Notes under the pieces: generated by a model
The model's input: the letters and a program-made list of their open reading frames with translations, nothing else
Database searches by the model: none
Told to the model about the DNA's origin: nothing
Shown here: positions 63,325 to 64,000 of the stretch, piece after piece
How the letters are laid out: the number at the start of each line of letters is the position of its first letter
Numbering within the stretch: the stretch's first letter is position 1
Assembly: GCF_033153115.1 (NCBI RefSeq)
Contig: NW_026889754.1
Span: 17,670,001 to 17,734,000, forward strand
Reading direction: 5' to 3'
DNA: 64,000 nt
Source of the DNA: Saccostrea echinata
Taxonomy: Eukaryota
Made by a program: the position numbers and the translations under genes

Positions 63325-64000
63325 TAAATTTACCTGAGCTGAGAAGATTAGTGAAATTTTCTGGCCATCCGATGTCCATCTTTGTATTTACCCAATTGAT
63401 CGTAAGACTGTCTCTCAGTCCTTCTGTAAACTATTTTCTAATCCTTTTAGAGAACCATGCAAGCTTCGTCCAAAGTTGACATAAATCAGCCTTGGGAAAA
63501 GGGAATTCAAGTTTGATCTAATGGGCGGCAAACATTCCTTTCTATGAAAATAAAATCAAGAAATGGCAACATATGGAACATATAAAATGAAATTTTTGAG
63601 GTATGTAAGTTCTTAATATTAGTCCCCAGGGATAGAGTAGGACCACAAGAAAGTATCAAACTTGGATATTGGAATAGATAGCAAAAAACCTGATAACGAA
63701 AAAACTAGACTAGAAAATATTACACTAATATATAGGCTTCCAAAAATAATGTTTATTCTAAATTGATCAAATCATAGCCCCTGTTGTAGGGTGTGGTAAA
63801 ATATGGTATTAAAATGTTCTTTGGAATACATCGAAAAAAATATAAATGTTCTTCTTAAGGGAAAAATTGGACCAGAAAGCATGAAACTAACAAGTATACT
63901 TCAAGGCATTGTGTAGGAATTGTGTAGACTCTATTTTTTTTTTTCAAATCTAATCATTGCGCACAGTAGTAGCCTGAGGCCACAGTATGATCAAAGTTTT
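63325..64000 (-). mobile_element. Decayed Helentron-type element (reverse orientation)
   Basis: acctgagctga..ccttgggaaaagggaattcaagtttg is the reverse complement of the 3' part of 15249-16834. Confidence 0.5.

Overview
AT-rich eukaryotic DNA, most likely an oyster (Ostreidae). This is inferred from the 166-bp satellite-bearing Helentron-type elements and the mollusc-type SINE and Penelope fragments. The ORF track is mostly noise; the real content is two tandem, paralogous, intron-rich genes on the minus strand, which I reconstructed by hand from splice sites and exon phases. Gene A (60391->14710; 34 coding exons, 4284 nt, ~1427 aa) encodes a receptor-type tyrosine phosphatase: signal peptide, degenerate F-type-lectin-like domain, 13 Cys-rich EGF-like exons, TM, Tyr-motif juxtamembrane region, active PTP D1, dead PTP D2 and a C-terminal YANM. 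Nine of its EGF exons come from a triplicated 3-exon cassette, and two cassette copies carry decayed pseudo-exons. Gene B (~11916->~548) has the same lectin-like head but only 3 EGF exons and appears to stop without PTP domains, so it may be a truncated or decoy partner. The introns hold many non-autonomous transposons, including Spy-like elements at AAA|TTT sites (one a 6.5-kb nested composite), hAT, Kolobok-like, mariner-like and Helentron-type elements, SINEs and Penelope/RTE fragments, plus a tRNA-derived tandem repeat next to a 135-N gap.
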